Positions 1-13,099 of a stretch of DNA of 64,000 bases are shown here, in pieces. The notes below the pieces were generated by a model, which had not been told where the DNA came from, ran no database searches, and worked only from the letters and a program-made list of their open reading frames with translations. How positions within the stretch are numbered: position 1 is the stretch's first letter; every line of letters begins with the position of its first letter. Made by a program: the position numbers and the translations under genes. Source of the DNA: Eledone cirrhosa (lineage: Eukaryota); contig OZ024751.1 of the NCBI GenBank assembly GCA_964016885.1, positions 4,154,001 through 4,218,000 of the forward strand, read 5' to 3'.

Positions 1-404
1 ATAGGATGGGGAGGGGTTCTCATACTTGTTATAGAGTCCTTTTTGTTTTTTTGAAGCAATGTTCCATGGCTGGATGTCCTTCCTGGTGTCAACCCTTTTA
101 TCCTTTTAGATGCCTCTTACAACACAAGGGTATTGTATACCTAATGTAAGCCAAGTACCTCACATTATCAAAGTAAAAATAGTAAGCCAAGTACCTCACA
201 TTATCAAAGCTCCAATGTATGTATGTACCAGTAACTCCTAATGGAGTTGTAGGGGTGTCATATTGACATAAGGTGTTTCTTGGGTATTTTCAAACCTGGC
301 GGGGCCCTTCTCCTTTCCAGGTTTGAACACAGCAGATTTCTTTGAGAGAAGGATAATAGAGAGTGACAGAAAAGAATTGAGAAAAGAGATACAGAAGAAG
401 AATC

Positions 405-550
405 AACCAGAGTACTAAACTGGTATTTTTTTTTTGTCGACCTTGAAACGATGAAAGGCAAAGTTGACTTCAGTGGGATTTGAACTCAGAGAGCAGAGAG
501 CTATAACAAATATCACAAAGCATTCTATCCAACGTTCTAATTCACCGCCT
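405..550 (-). mobile_element. Degenerate tRNA-derived SINE (Meta/MESC-like central domain)
   Basis: Reverse complement reads ...ctgagttcaaatcccactgaagtcaactttgcctttcatcgtttcaaggtcgac...ataccagt. It has a B-box-like gagttcaaat and resembles the + strand copy at 21138-21350. Confidence 0.65.
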
Positions 551-863
551 TTGGAGCTCCAATAAGGTAGAAAAATCTTGATGACAGAATGATGCACATT
601 ATAGAGATTTGTCGACAACTGACAAGTGTAATGATGGAGTTGATGGTGTTCATACTTTGTTCAGTCCCTGTATTAATCCTATAACCATCTGATACTGATT
701 TGTCATTTACTTTAACCCTTTTGATATCAAACTGCTTGAAACCATGAATGGTTCTACGCTACAGCAACAAATGAGTTAAAGTGATTATATTTATCTAAAA
801 ACATTCCATCATAATCCACTAAATAATAAAAGCCAATGTGTATTTGTCCCTCACGTACTAGAG

Positions 864-1318
864 ATGACTGAGGAAGGAAGGGGTGATGACAAACTACAGA
901 AAGCAGCGTCTGATATTTGCTACACCTGTGGGTGTATATGTATAGCGAATTGGCTACATACATTGGCTGTTGTGATTATATGAGTGTTTGTGTGTATGTG
1001 TAAATTATGTTATGATTATATGTGTGTTTGTGTAAATTATATTTATATATAATATTTGAGTGAGTGTATATGTGTTTGTGTGTGTTTATTTAGAAAGATA
1101 CACAGACAATAGAATTACAAACACATGCATATCTACACATATATATATAAACAGACACACTTAGAAAAAATAATTATTACAAACACACACATCTATGTGA
1201 TGACTGAGGAAGCAGGGAGGTGGGTGAGAAACTATACAAGTCCAGCATTCTAAGATTCATCACATTTGTGTGTGTATATGTGTAGTGAATTGGCTACTTA
1301 CATTGGCTGTGTGTTTGT
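864..1318 (+). repeat. Diverged direct repeat of ~110-120 bp (864-975 and 1199-1318) within an old repeat
   Basis: gatgactgaggaag...gaattggctac(a/t)tacattggctgt occurs twice. Confidence 0.7.
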
Positions 1319-1799
1319 ATCACTTGCGTGAGTGAGCACGACGGAACCAACAAACATCTCTTTTTATATTATGTATAGATATTACAATTAGCTGTCATTT
1401 TTTACAGCATGGGGCTAGCTAGTAGAAGAAAAATTGTTATGTTATGTTCTTAACTCCACATTAAAAATTGTTATGTTATGTTCTTAACTCCACATTAACT
1501 CCATAATGTGGAAATTAGTTATTTTGTTAAATCCTTCGAAATGCTTGATTATTTTCAAGTAACAAATGCTTGATTATTTCAAGTAACAAAGGGTTAAAGT
1601 GTTTATATTTATCTCAAAACGTTCTATTATAATTTTATGTAAGACCTTTTTATTAAGTAGTAGATATAATTTGAATGGCCTTGTGTCTAAGTAAGCAATC
1701 CTTATAACTATCTCAATTTCACATTGAAATGTTTAGCTGTAGTTATGTTCTAAGCCTCCAAATTCTTCATTATTTTCAAAGTGATTTGGAAGTCGTAGG

Positions 1800-2180
1800 C
1801 AGTGTCTTTCATTGTACTTTTCTGGGGTCAATCAGATCATTCAATGATTTCATGAAGGGGTCAATAGTTTAGTCAATAATCTAATTAGTTTGTGATCAAG
1901 GAGGAGGGGTGGTTCAAGAATTTCATGAAGGAGTCGATGGTTTAAATAGTTTGTGGTTCAAGGATTTCATGAAGGGGTCAATGGTTTAAATAGTTTGTGG
2001 TCAAGGATTTCATTAAGGGGTCGGTGGTTTAAATAGTTTGTGGTCAAGAATTTCATGAAGGGGTCGATGGTTTAAATAGTTTGTGGTCAAGAATTTCATT
2101 AAGGGGTCGATGATTTAAATAGTTTGTGGTCAAAAATTTCATGAAGTACTTGATGGTTTAAAAGGCTTGGGATCCCTGTT
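1800..2180. mobile_element. hAT/Charlie-like MITE remnant with an internal ~43-bp minisatellite (~6-7 units)
   Basis: Unit tttcatgaaggggtcgatggtttaaatagtttgtggtcaagaa repeats over 1848-2160. The ends cagtgtctttca... and ...ggcttgggatccctg resemble degenerate hAT TIRs. The minisatellite is certain; the hAT call is inferred. Confidence 0.5.
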
Positions 2181-2217
2181 CTAAACCATTCTGTCAATCC
2201 ATTCACTGACTAAAGAT

Positions 2218-2765
2218 GGACATGGCATGGCTAAATGGTTAAAAAATTTCCTTTGTAATCATTAGGTCCCATGTTCGACCCCACAGTGTTTCATGTTAGG
2301 CTGGTGTCATTTACCAGAGCCTTGGGTCAACCCATGCCTCACCAGTGAAATTGGGTTGACAGGAATTATTTGGAAGCCTATTAGATATTATGTCGCTGTA
2401 ATTCAAAGGGTTAGACTTGTCATTCACTGTGTCATGCTGAATTTTCTTGAGAATTACGTTAACCCTTTAGCATTTACATTACTCTATATATACTATTGTA
2501 TTTTCATGGTAAAGGCTTTACCTCATTAATTGCCTCACATAATATCAAATCTATAAGATTTTGATATTATTTATTTTCAGAACAATACCTTAACATCAGT
2601 ATGAGTGGTCAGTTACAGCCAATTTGAACAGAAAGATGTGAGAGAATTCTGGCTGGTTTAAATGTTAAAGGATTAAGGATACACACTTGTCTCTGGAGTG
2701 CTCGGCCACTTACATGTTAATTTTATTAGCAAGCTTGTTCCATTGATTGAACAACTGGAACACAA
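2218..2765 (+). mobile_element. tRNA-derived SINE interrupted by a TTAA MITE
   Basis: A-box-like tggctaaatgg and B-box-like gttcgaccc at the 5' end. The body resumes after the MITE (gaattacgTTAA...TTAAggatacac). Confidence 0.6.
2463..2672 (+). mobile_element. piggyBac-like MITE with TTAA target duplication
   Basis: TIRs ccctttagcattt / aaatgttaaagga, flanked by TTAA at 2459-2462 and 2673-2676. Confidence 0.8.
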
Positions 2766-2831
2766 CACCAAAACCAATGGCGGTTTTTTCCTTGTTTCCT
2801 TTGGTGTTAAATTATTGAAATATATTTAAAA

Positions 2832-3011
2832 CCCTTTAGCATTTAAACTGGCCATATCCGGCCAGAATTCTCTCATCACTCATACTGATGTTAAGGTATT
2901 GTTCTGAAAATAAATAATATCAAAATCTCATAGATTCGATATTATGTGAAGTAAAGCCTTTACCATGAAAATATAATAGTGCATATTGAGAGTAATGTAA
3001 ATGCTAAAGAG
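2832..3011 (-). mobile_element. Second, inverted copy of the TTAA MITE
   Basis: TIRs ccctttagcattt / aaatgctaaagag. The interior is the reverse complement of 2463-2672. Confidence 0.8.
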
Positions 3012-3069
3012 TTAAACGATTTCAAGCTTTTTTCTGGTTATCTCCCTTCCTTCGTAGATTATGTGCCCC

Positions 3070-3290
3070 TAATTAGTTCAGGGCTTCCTGGAGCCTATGG
3101 GTTCATCAGGCCAGAACTTAACATGAAGTGATTGAAAGTACAAGATTTACCCCTGGATGGGACACCTACACTTCTCAAAGTTAATATTCTGCTACTAAAG
3201 CTGGTAGTGTTGGTGGTATTCATTTTTAGCTGAGTGGGCTGGAGCAACAGGAAGTGCTTTGATCAAGGACACAAACATGGAAAAGCTGTG
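3070..3290 (-). mobile_element. Degenerate CORE-type SINE fragment
   Basis: agctgagtgggctggagcaac...aagtgctttgatcaaggacac is the reverse complement of the CORE-like segment seen at 42170-42230. Confidence 0.55.
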
Positions 3291-3338
3291 AATACTTCTG
3301 ACAGGAGTTACAGTTGGCAGATAGTGTACTTCTTCCCT

Positions 3339-3628
3339 AGCAGGCTGGCCTCTCGAAGGATGTAACTGGTCTAAAAGACAAGCAGATAATATAACTCTTT
3401 CGTAGCAGGCTGGACTCCATGGGAAATAATTGACCTGAATGACCAACTGGCTGACATCCCTTAGGAAGTAATTGGTCTAAAAGACCAGCAGATAATATAG
3501 CCCTTCAGCAGCTAGCCTGTCTTCGGAAGTAATTGGCCTAGATGACCAGCATGCTGACCTTTCAAGGGAAGTAATTAGTCTAAATGATCAGCAAGCTGAC
3601 CTCTCATGTGAAGTAATTGGTCTAAAAG
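3339..3628. repeat. Diverged minisatellite, ~41-bp unit, ~6 copies, two carrying an extra ~22-bp block
   Basis: agca.gctgacc....ggaagtaattggtctaaa.gacc is repeated; agcagataatata follows units 1 and 3. Confidence 0.75.
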
Positions 3629-3749
3629 TATAACGAGCCAAACTGGGTGAAAATACATTCATAGCAGAGTTTGATACTGACGGGAATTTATGTCCCGTCA
3701 CTATCAAATCTGCTGTGAATGTATTTTCACCCAGTTTGGCTGGTTATAC
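3628..3749. repeat. Near-perfect inverted repeat (~57-bp arms) upstream of a hammerhead motif
   Basis: gtataacgagccaaactgggtgaaaatacattca...tgaatgtattttcacccagtttggctggttatac. Confidence 0.9.
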
Positions 3750-3783
3750 TAACTTTGATTGACATTTGTACTAACATATACAC

Positions 3784-3838
3784 CTTCTCTGAAGATCCTT
3801 TATTATTCGATGACGCAGGTGAAACATCATGTAAAAAG
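3784..3838 (+). ncRNA. Type I hammerhead ribozyme motif (Penelope-like), one stem I mismatch
   Basis: cttct-CTGAAGA-tcct...aggt-GAAA-catcatg-TA-aaaag. Confidence 0.6.
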
Positions 3839-3984
3839 CATGAAAATATTTAGTTATAATGACTTGCGACTCCTATATTTATTCACTTTGCTTATATATA
3901 TATATATATATATATAAAATGGAACTAGCTGTTGAAACGGCAATAGCTCAGCCTTCGGGGTCCCAACTCTTTATAATATATACA

Positions 3985-6777
3985 GTGACTTCTTAATTAT
4001 TGTAGGGGACTTTAACGGACACATTGGGAAACACTATGACGGCTTCCATGGAGGCTACGGGTTTGGCACAAGAAATGAAGAAGGCTTCAGGCTTCTAGAA
4101 TTCTGTGATGCCAATGGCATGTCGATATGTAACACAAACTTCAAAAAATCCGACAACCATCTGATCACCTATAGATTAGGGGAGCATTCTAGTCAGATAG
4201 ATTTTATCCTCATCAGAGCACAAGATAGATGGACGGTTGTAAACACAAAAGCCTTCCCTAATGAGGAATGTACCTCTCAACATAACTTAGTTGTCAGCGA
4301 CCTCATTGTCAGAACTAGACGAACTTGGAACAGAAGGCAACTTGGAGAAGAAAGATCTGGAAGTTGAAATCCCCTTAGCCAGTAACAGATTTAAAGATAT
4401 CTTACTCAATGCATATGACAGTAAAGAAGAACAGATAGAGACATTCAATGCAGAAGAACACTGGGAGTTCCTAAAAAATAACTTACTTAACGTGACGGAC
4501 GAGATCTGTGCCTGGAGCAAGACCACAGGGAGGAGGAGAGTGACTTGGTGGTAGAACAATAAGATAGATGAGGCAGTTAAGGCTAAGAGACAGGCATGGA
4601 AAGAATGGAAGAATGGGGGAAGTAGGGCACATTATATAGAGACCAGGAGGGAAGCTAGGCGACAAGTATACTTAGCTAGAAGTGAAGCAGAGGATAGAAA
4701 ATTCAAGCATGTTTTGCAGCCTGAGGACCAGAAACAGGTGTTCAGGATTGCGAGGCAGTGTGTCAGAGGAAATTGTGATGTCATTGGAGTGAAGTATGTC
4801 CGGAATGATAAAGGTGAGCTTGCCCTCACAAGTGCTGAAAAGAAAGCTGCGCGGATGAGCCACTATGAAAGATTACTAAATAAGAATACATGGGAGAAAG
4901 AGACCCTACCCCAAGTGGACCCTATAGAGGGGCCAACAGTACAAGTCAGCAGCAGCGTGGTAAGTAAGGCAATTAAAGATATGAAGACAGGGAAGGCAAG
5001 CAGTCCCTCAGGTATAGCTGCCGAGATTCTGAAAGCATCTGGGTTGGTAGGTCATACCATAACCACACATATTGTTAACCTGGTAATACTAGAGGGTGTC
5101 ATACCAAAGGATTGGTGCAGCAGCATCATTGTCAACTGCTACATGGGTAAAGGTGATGCACTAGATAGAGGAAACTATAGAGGTATAAAGCTGATGGACC
5201 AGGTCATGAAAGTAACAGAAAGAGTTATAGCATAGTTGATTAGGGATCGGGTAAAACTAGGTGAAATACAATTTGGGTTTGTGCCAGGCAAAAGCACCAC
5301 TAATGCCCTCTTCTTTGTGAGGCAGTTACAGGAAAAGTACCTAGCTAAAAGTAAGTTGCTCTACCTGGCATTTGTCAATCTGAAAAAAGCCTTTGACAGA
5401 GTGCCTCGTGCTATAATCTGGTAGGCTCTTAAAAAATTAGGAGTAGATGAATGGCTTGTGAAAGCTGTACAAGCCATGTATAGGGGAGCAGTCAGCAAAG
5501 TTAGAGTTAACAATGACTATAGTAAGGAATTTAGCATACAGGTTGGCGTCCACCAGGGCTCTGTTCTTAGCCCTCTCCTGTTCATTATAGTATTGTAGGC
5601 AATAACAGAGGAGTTTAAGACCGGATGCCGATGGGAACTCCTGTATGTGGATGATCTCACACTTATAGCTAAATCTATGGTGGAACTAAAGAAGAAATTC
5701 CAAACATGGAAGCAGGGACTAGAAAGAAAGTTGAGAAAGACTAAGGTCCTCGTAAGTAGATGAGTAAACAGAGCCCAGATCCCCTCAGAGAAATGGCCTT
5801 GCTCAGTATTTAGGAACTCCATCTTCTGCCCCAAATTCAAACAATGGGTTCACAAGAGATTTAGTGGGATCTCAGGAAGTTTAGCTAAGAATATAGGCTT
5901 TACATGCTGCAGCTGCACTGGGACAGCAAGCAGCAAACGGCTGTAGGAAACAAGTACCACCAAACTCTGGGAGGAGTAGACAGCTTCTGCTACTTAGGAG
6001 ACCGAATTAGCAGTGGAGGTGGGTGGGATGGAAGAAGTTCAGGAGCTACTACCACTGCTAGCTGCAAAAGACTTTTCCCTCAAAATGAAAGGCAGACTGT
6101 ATTATGCGTGCATACGAACAGCAATGTTACGTGGTAGTGAAACCTGGGCACTGTCTGTAGAAGACTTGCGTAGATTAGAAAGAAATGAAGTCTGCATACT
6201 CTGATGGATGTGTAATAGTAATATACGCGAACGGCAAAGAATAAACAAATTGAGAGAGAACCTGAGCATAAGAGGAATCAAATGCTGTGTGCAGGAGAGG
6301 AGGTTGTATTGGTATGGACATGTGATGCGTATGAAGGATGACAGCTGTATAAAAAGGTGCAGAGCACTAGAAGTCGATGGAAGACGTGGAGTGGGGAGAT
6401 CCAAGAATACCTAGGATGAGGTGATAACAGCCGACCTTACCCAATTGCACCTCTCAAAGGCAATGACACAGGACCGCGTCATGCAGTAATACAGAAGACC
6501 CGACTTCCCATGGGTAAAAGCCGAAGCTGAAGCATATAGACAACATGCCCCCATCCTGTCCCACTGCAAAGTGGTCATGTAGGCCCCACGGAAAAAAAGC
6601 ACCCAGCACTCACTGTAAATGAGGTTGATGTTAGGAAGGGCATCCAGCTGTAGAAATCAAGCCCAAATCAGTTCCCATATGAGCAAGACAAGGTCAACCG
6701 ACCGGGCACTGCCCACAACAGGACAACCCGTCTAACCCATGCTAGCGTGGCAGAATGGACGTAAAACGGTGATGATA
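3985..6777 (+). mobile_element. RTE-clade LINE family A, 5'-truncated and degenerate (end of APE, RT, 3' UTR)
   Basis: ORF pieces [40 protein letters not shown] and YVDDL with many stops. Ends ...ggacgtaaaacggtgatgat. Confidence 0.95.
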
Positions 6778-6783
6778 TATTTG

Positions 6784-7076
6784 TATAAAAATAAGAAAAC
6801 TTATCACTAGAACAGCTGTTAAAACAGCTAAATGCTGTCATAGACAGCAATGGACAAAAAGGCTTCAGAGGACAGATACCAGCAGCCAATGGTCAAGAGG
6901 GCTGGTCTCTGTCCTCAGGCATTTTTGCCCATCGCTGTCATTGACAGCATTTAGCTGTTTTAGTGATCATCATCATCATTGGTTAACATCCATTTTCCAT
7001 GCTAGCATGAGTTTTCTAATTTTTATATGAATTCAAATACGCTTTCACTTCATCTCGATCAGAGACAACAATGTTT
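6784..7076 (+). mobile_element. Unclassified fold-back (hairpin) element; second inverted copy at 23699-23945
   Basis: Arms taaaacagctaaatgctgtca...tgacagcatttagctgtttta plus a shared unique flank (cttcatctcgatcagagacaaca). Confidence 0.75.
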
Positions 7077-7080
7077 ATTC

Positions 7081-7115
<35 letters not shown>

Positions 7116-7424
7116 GGTGTTAGGTGAGTAACATTAGTTACAGGTGGTGCACCAGTTTCAGCATTTGATACTATTACAAAGGTCTAGTAATCTTGGTGGG
7201 TTTTTACGTCAGTATTACCAACAGTTAACATGGAGTGTGTTAATAATAAGCAGGTTGGAACAAAATATGAAGATTACATCTTAGACATATTTTATTCTCA
7301 CATGACACCTGCTTCATTATTGATCAGCTCAACGTATGATCAATCACGATTGGGCTTCACTCTGTAATTGATAGTTCCTTAGATATGTGAGTCTTTATGT
7401 GTAAATACTTACCTCCTAATCCCA

Positions 7425-7646
7425 TATCTATCTGCCTATCTATCTATCTTCTTGTCTATCTCCTTACCTACTGATATCTTTCTTTATGTCCATCTTTCTA
7501 TCTATCTATCTACCGATCTATTGATATCTATTTACCTATCTATATCTATATCTATCATTCTATTTATCTTTATGTCCATCTCCCTACCTATTTACCAATA
7601 TCTATCTACTCACCTACGTATCTATATTTATGTCTGTCTATCTATC
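7425..7646. repeat. Degenerate (TATC)n microsatellite
   Basis: Repeated tatc/tacc units; similar tracts at 23365-23530 and 37320-37510. Confidence 0.85.
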
Positions 7647-7779
7647 AAACCACATGGGTAGACGTGTGACAGCTCGTTGGTGAGTTTTTGTTTAATTTTC
7701 TACCAGAAAATCTGATATTTGTAAATTTTATTACATTGTTTTAAAGATAAACCTACTCTCTGAAACATCAGGGAGTTGG

Positions 7780-10700
7780 TTTCTCTAAGTTTCAAGCCCT
7801 TAGGGGCGAAAATTTGCTTTGAAATTACGAAAATTGAAAAAATATCCGTGAAAATTAAAAATGTCAACAGGAACTCTGCCTTCCTTAAAAACACAGAACG
7901 CTCTTGGAAAGAGAAGCGTAAAAGAAGACTTTATGCCTTCTACTACCACGCGGATTGTCTGTCGCCAATTCTCAAAACATAGCCAAAGAAACCTTCACAA
8001 GAATATGGTAAGGGGAAGCCATGCTTACTACAGTACCATCCTACCTCCCTGATAGTAGCAGATATGAACAAAGCAATGCCAACACTCCTACATTTAGGAG
8101 AAAGACAAATTTCTCTACCTGCTTACAAGCAACTGAACACCCTTGATGTCATGACAAATACTGCCATGACAACAAACTGGACACAAACAAATGAAAACAA
8201 TAACAACATGAACATGAGCCAAGTAAAAAATAACAACACCAATAACAAGGAAAATAACAACCAAAATGACAAAAATAATAAAAACAACAACACCAGCGCA
8301 AGTGAAAATAATGATCAAATACACACGAAAAAAACTTTTGCAGCGACTCTTGCCAAAGAGACAGAATTCATAGATATAGATCTATCAAATAAAGTGCAGT
8401 ACCTGAAGGACGCTGCGCAATCTATAACTTTTGAAGGGAATGGATTTCGGATCAACACGCCACCGGAGATTAGGGCTGCAACCCTAAGGAAAATGATCTA
8501 TAGAATCAAGGAAACCTATCTCTTTGCCTCTGAGCACAGTAGAAAGCATGTTAAGGGATGCAATGCCAGACATTGCCTACCTTCAGAGTGACAAGCAGTA
8601 TGGTAGCATCTCGGTGCTCTTTAAAAGCGAGCCCTCGCTCAAAAATTTGATTGGTGGCTCCAATCAAAACGAGCCAACACATCTTCCCGACATACATGGG
8701 AAGAAGAACACACAAGACAAGGGTGTCCCAGATCCCACCGAACACCAACATTTGGTGGATCCTGGGTGGCTTTTTGGAGGACAGTGAAGACACCATCCTC
8801 TCTGTAAGAAGTCAGCCAGGTATAATTGGAATGGGATCTCAGTGAAACTCTTGGTCCAAATGAGACCAGAAAGAATCTCAAAAATACCTGAAAGGGTACC
8901 TGTTGATAACAACCATGTTATCAACATCACAGTGGAGAGCAGAAAACCAGTGTTTTAAATGTGGAAAAGACACATATAAAAGCATTCTGCCCAACACTGA
9001 ACACACAGAAACCAAACAAAGTGTTGCTACCAGCACCCAAACCTCAACAGCAACACCCGAAAACCAAGGACACAACCCCAAAACCATCAACATCTACTCC
9101 ACCATCACAAACCACAAAAAACACCACACCAAAAATTCCCCTGAAGGACTCTATCCTTCCCCTTCCCCCTCCGTCTAACACTCCCACAAACACACACACA
9201 CACACACATTCCACCACCACACAACATACCCCCGATGATAACACCTCAGACACGGGAACCTCTATATCTCCAAGTGAGGATGAAGAGAAACCTCAAAAAT
9301 CCAAGAAATAAAAAAAGACACAAAATATACAAAAACAAAAAGCATCCACAGAAAACGCGCACACACCCAACACCAACATAAACACACTATCACAAACGAC
9401 AACCCACACCAACAACATAATCACCACCACCACAACCAAACACTTCACCAACAAAACAGGGGGCTGGAATGGTATCTTAGATGCATATTGGGACTATGTA
9501 GGGGCATGTGATAGTAGAGGGGTGTAATAGCCTCAAAATTCTTATCAGCCAATTCCAACTGGCTGATAGATATCGACTAGATTTCCCAAGTGCACCATTG
9601 TGGACATGGAGCAACCACACTGGGTCTTCTAGATTGTATTTAGATAGATTTCTAATTAAACAAAATGATAAGGAAACATTAAGCTGTCCATAAATGCATG
9701 TGGTTGCCTATTCAGACCACAAATGAGTGACCTGCTTAATCAACCTTGATAGAACACATAAACCGGAACCCAGATACTGGAAGCTAAACATGTTGCCTCG
9801 ACATGTAAAGCCTACAGTAAACGGATTAGCACTTTAGGTAAACGTCAGTTGACAGGAGCCATCATCAACAATAGGTGGTGGTGCTCTCTCAAGAGAGCAA
9901 TTGGAGTATAATCAATAACCTTTAGTAAGGAAGTAGCTTTAGAAAAGAACAAAACTGAAAAGGAACTGGTAGCCAGAGTAGCAAAGGCATTTAGGAGTGG
10001 CAGTACAGCTGACGTGCTAGCCGTGAGAATGGCACTAGACCAGTTCTTCAATGTGAAACATGACGGTTGTATTGTCAAAAGTAGAACACGTGCTCTGAGA
10101 AATAAGGGAGCCAAAGCTGTTAGCTGGGCCGAGTGGCAGAGGTGAAAAGTGGCAACAAATTCACAAATCGGTCTTTGGAAAACCAAGACGGACGCATATT
10201 ACTTGAATCTAAGCAGATGTGCACGGCCTTCTAGCAGCACTTTACACAACTTTTCAGGCAGTGTGGTGTGTCGACGGCCCACCATGACTCGAACGCAGAT
10301 GCGGAGAGCTGCAAAAGTCTGATCACAACGGGTGAAATAGAAGACGCCCTAGGTCGCTGTGGGAAACGCAAATCCCCAGGTTCAGATGGTCTAGCCAATG
10401 AGTTTTATATAGGCATGCCAGATTTGTTCTCTGAGGTCCTCGAAGCGGTCTACTGCAACTGGCAGCAGGAGAATTCCCAGTTCTGTAAGCTGAGGTGGCA
10501 TAGTAACACTGCTCAGAAAGATGAAAACAAAGGGGATAACATAAGCAATTTCAGGCCTATAAGTCTGCTCAACACAGAGTTGAAGATTTTGGCCAAGATG
10601 TTAACAACGAGGCTGGCGCTCGTCGTCGAGAACCTGGTAGGGTAAGTGCAAACGTGTGCAATCCCAGCCAGGTCCATACATGACAACCTCTACCTCATGC

Positions 10701-12632
10701 GATACATCATAGAGAGGGTAAGGTGTAAACCTGGCTTTGGTGGGGCTCTGATCAATTTAGATCAATCTAAGGCATTTGATAAGGTCAACCATCAATACTT
10801 GAAGCGGTTCTCAAGGTGGCTGGCTTTAGTCCTGTCTTCAGAGGCTGGATCGCTGGCATGCACAGCAACATCTGCTCGGCAGTCAAGGTGAATACTTATC
10901 GGATCCATTCCAAATCATGCGTTCCATCCGTCAATGATGCTCTCTCTCCTCTATTCTGTATGTGCTGACTCTCGAGCCACTACTGCAGAAGTTGGAGCTA
11001 TTGCAGGGCATCCCAATCAAACCAGGACTGCGAAATGCAGGGTCAGCCTATGCTGACGACGTAACCGTAATGGTGTCAAAAACGTTGGAAATCGGGGTAA
11101 TCGGCAAATTATTACAGGAATATGAAATGTTGACAGGAGCAAAACTAAACCCGAACAAGTCTGTCGGTTTGCAACTTGGCACATGGAGAGGCAAACCCAT
11201 GCCTTCCAACACCGTTGGACGCTGGACGGAAGGACCAGTGAAATTGCTCGGGGTCTGGTTTGGTCCAGACCTCCAGCTGGACATAAACTGGAACAAGGTC
11301 ACGGCAAAGGTGTTTGCACTCACCCAGAAGTGGGCTGAATGCAAACTCCCCTTAAAAGGTCAAGTGGAGGTGGTGAACACTTACATAGCATCCGTCATCT
11401 ACTAATGCTTGGCAGTCATATCTTGTCTCCGTGATCACCTCATCAAAATGGAATGTCTACTCCTCAAGTTCCTATAGAAGAAACGGCCTACATTGGGAGG
11501 AGATCCATCTGCTGCCAACACCTAACGGAAGGCTGGGCATGCTGTGGCTGATGATGTGCAAACATGCGCTGAGCTACGCCATCTCCAGGTGTTCCTGAAC
11601 AATGAACTAGTGTGGTTGTCGTTTCTGAGACGAGCTTTTCCACAACTCATCTCGCTAACAGAGCTGCAGTCCTGGGTCAAGCGAACACCGAAATTGGGCA
11701 CCTGGAACCTCAAGTGTGTTCAGGCGCTCACAGCCCTCTACCAAGTGGAAACAGCAATCAGTAGAGACTCCACATCGACATTCTATAGGTGATTAGAGGA
11801 TAAGTGCAACAATGTTCTGGGAAACTCTAGGCATCGAAGGGGATGAACTGGTCAATCTGTTCAGGAGGACTTTCCGTCCAGGGCCTATGGATAACTTACA
11901 GAGGTCTCTGGCCTGACAGAGCTACCGAGGAGCTCTACCAGTTCGAGACAAAATCTACAGGCATGGACGCGCTGGCAGGGATCCTGCCAAAAGAACCTGT
12001 CCAAGAATGCGAGCAGGACATTGAAACTGTTCTGCACACAATTGTTCAGTGATGACCGACCTGTGGAATTATGTCAAACAACTACTGTCACATGTGGGAC
12101 ACATCCAGTTGTCAGCCGAGTCAATTGTGAGGATCACCCCGCCACCTTCATTTAAGAATGAAGGAGAGGCGACTTTCCACTGTCTGGTGGCTACAGCGAA
12201 AGAGGTAATATGATGGACGAGATTGAAAGGACTGAAGGCAAACACCTTCCTCTCTGGACAACAACTCATCTCCTTTTTAAATACCACTTCAGAAGGAAGG
12301 TGAGAGTGGAGAGAGAGGTACTACACCCCAGTATTTGCTGAAAGGTGGGTGAATGTGGCAGAAATGGCCTGAGTGAATGGACCTTCTCTGTATATAAACC
12401 TGTAGGTTGAGGAAGACAAAAAAAGGGATGACGGGAAGACCTACAGAGCGTGCTCCTGGTGTTGAGGGTTCTATCTATGGGGTATAAAACAACCATGCAG
12501 TAACGTTCCCCCTATTGGGGATTTCGATTGTTAATTTTTTAATACAAAGTTTATCCGATTTTTATGTAAAACCACCACCGTCACGTCTTGTAATGTCCCA
12601 TTTCTTGTACGCCCTTATGGCAAATAAAGAAA
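7780..12632 (+). mobile_element. Tx1/L1-clade LINE, degenerate: ORF1 remnant (8064-9311) and ORF2 APE-RT remnant (~9460-12400)
   Basis: ORF2 motifs WTWSN..SRLYLDRFLI, KSPGSDGLANEFY, NFRPISLLNTELKILAK, LDQSKAFDKVNH and AYADDVTV. ORF1 has an Asn-rich tract and a CFKCGK knuckle remnant. Ends with aataaagaaag. Confidence 0.88.
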
Positions 12633-12935
12633 GATATATATATATATATACAAAAATCGGAATTAAGAGTATTCCGCAGTTCACTGTAATAATAATAATA
12701 ATAATAGTATTATTAGCTCAAAGAAGAATAGAGAATTTCCTTCCGAACTCAAATGCAAGTATATATTACACAAAAAGAAATGTGTTACACTGAGATGTGT
12801 GTAAAGAATTATTACAAGTGATTTTACCGTTACTGTATAGGGAACAATATCTACAGGTTAGCAATTACATAGAAAAAAACCAGATCAGAATCAAATCTCT
12901 GGATTGGAATTTTCAATCACAAACCTTATAACTAT

Positions 12936-13015
12936 ATTTTGCTGATACGAACCTAGCTTCGTTTCACCACTTATATGTGTAGTATCAGTCCACATGGATC
13001 ATCAGTCAGCAAAAT
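12936..13015 (-). ncRNA. Type I hammerhead ribozyme motif with intact core
   Basis: Minus strand: attttgctga-CTGATGA-tcca...tggt-GAAA-cgaa gctagg ttcg-TA-tcagcaaaat. Stem I is 10 bp and stem III has a loop. Confidence 0.85.
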
Positions 13016-13045
13016 GCGAAAACTGAACACTGCACATGAGTTGTG

Positions 13046-13096
<51 letters not shown>

Positions 13097-13099
<3 letters not shown>

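Noticed and set aside
147-209. Short tandem duplications (27 bp here; ~34 bp at 1429-1497)
   Set aside because: Ordinary local slippage duplications with no further structure.
1848-2160. Regular ~43-bp repeats resembling a CRISPR array (also 3339-3628 and 38898-39100)
   Set aside because: Units are contiguous with no unique spacers, there are no cas genes, and the context is eukaryotic. These are minisatellites.
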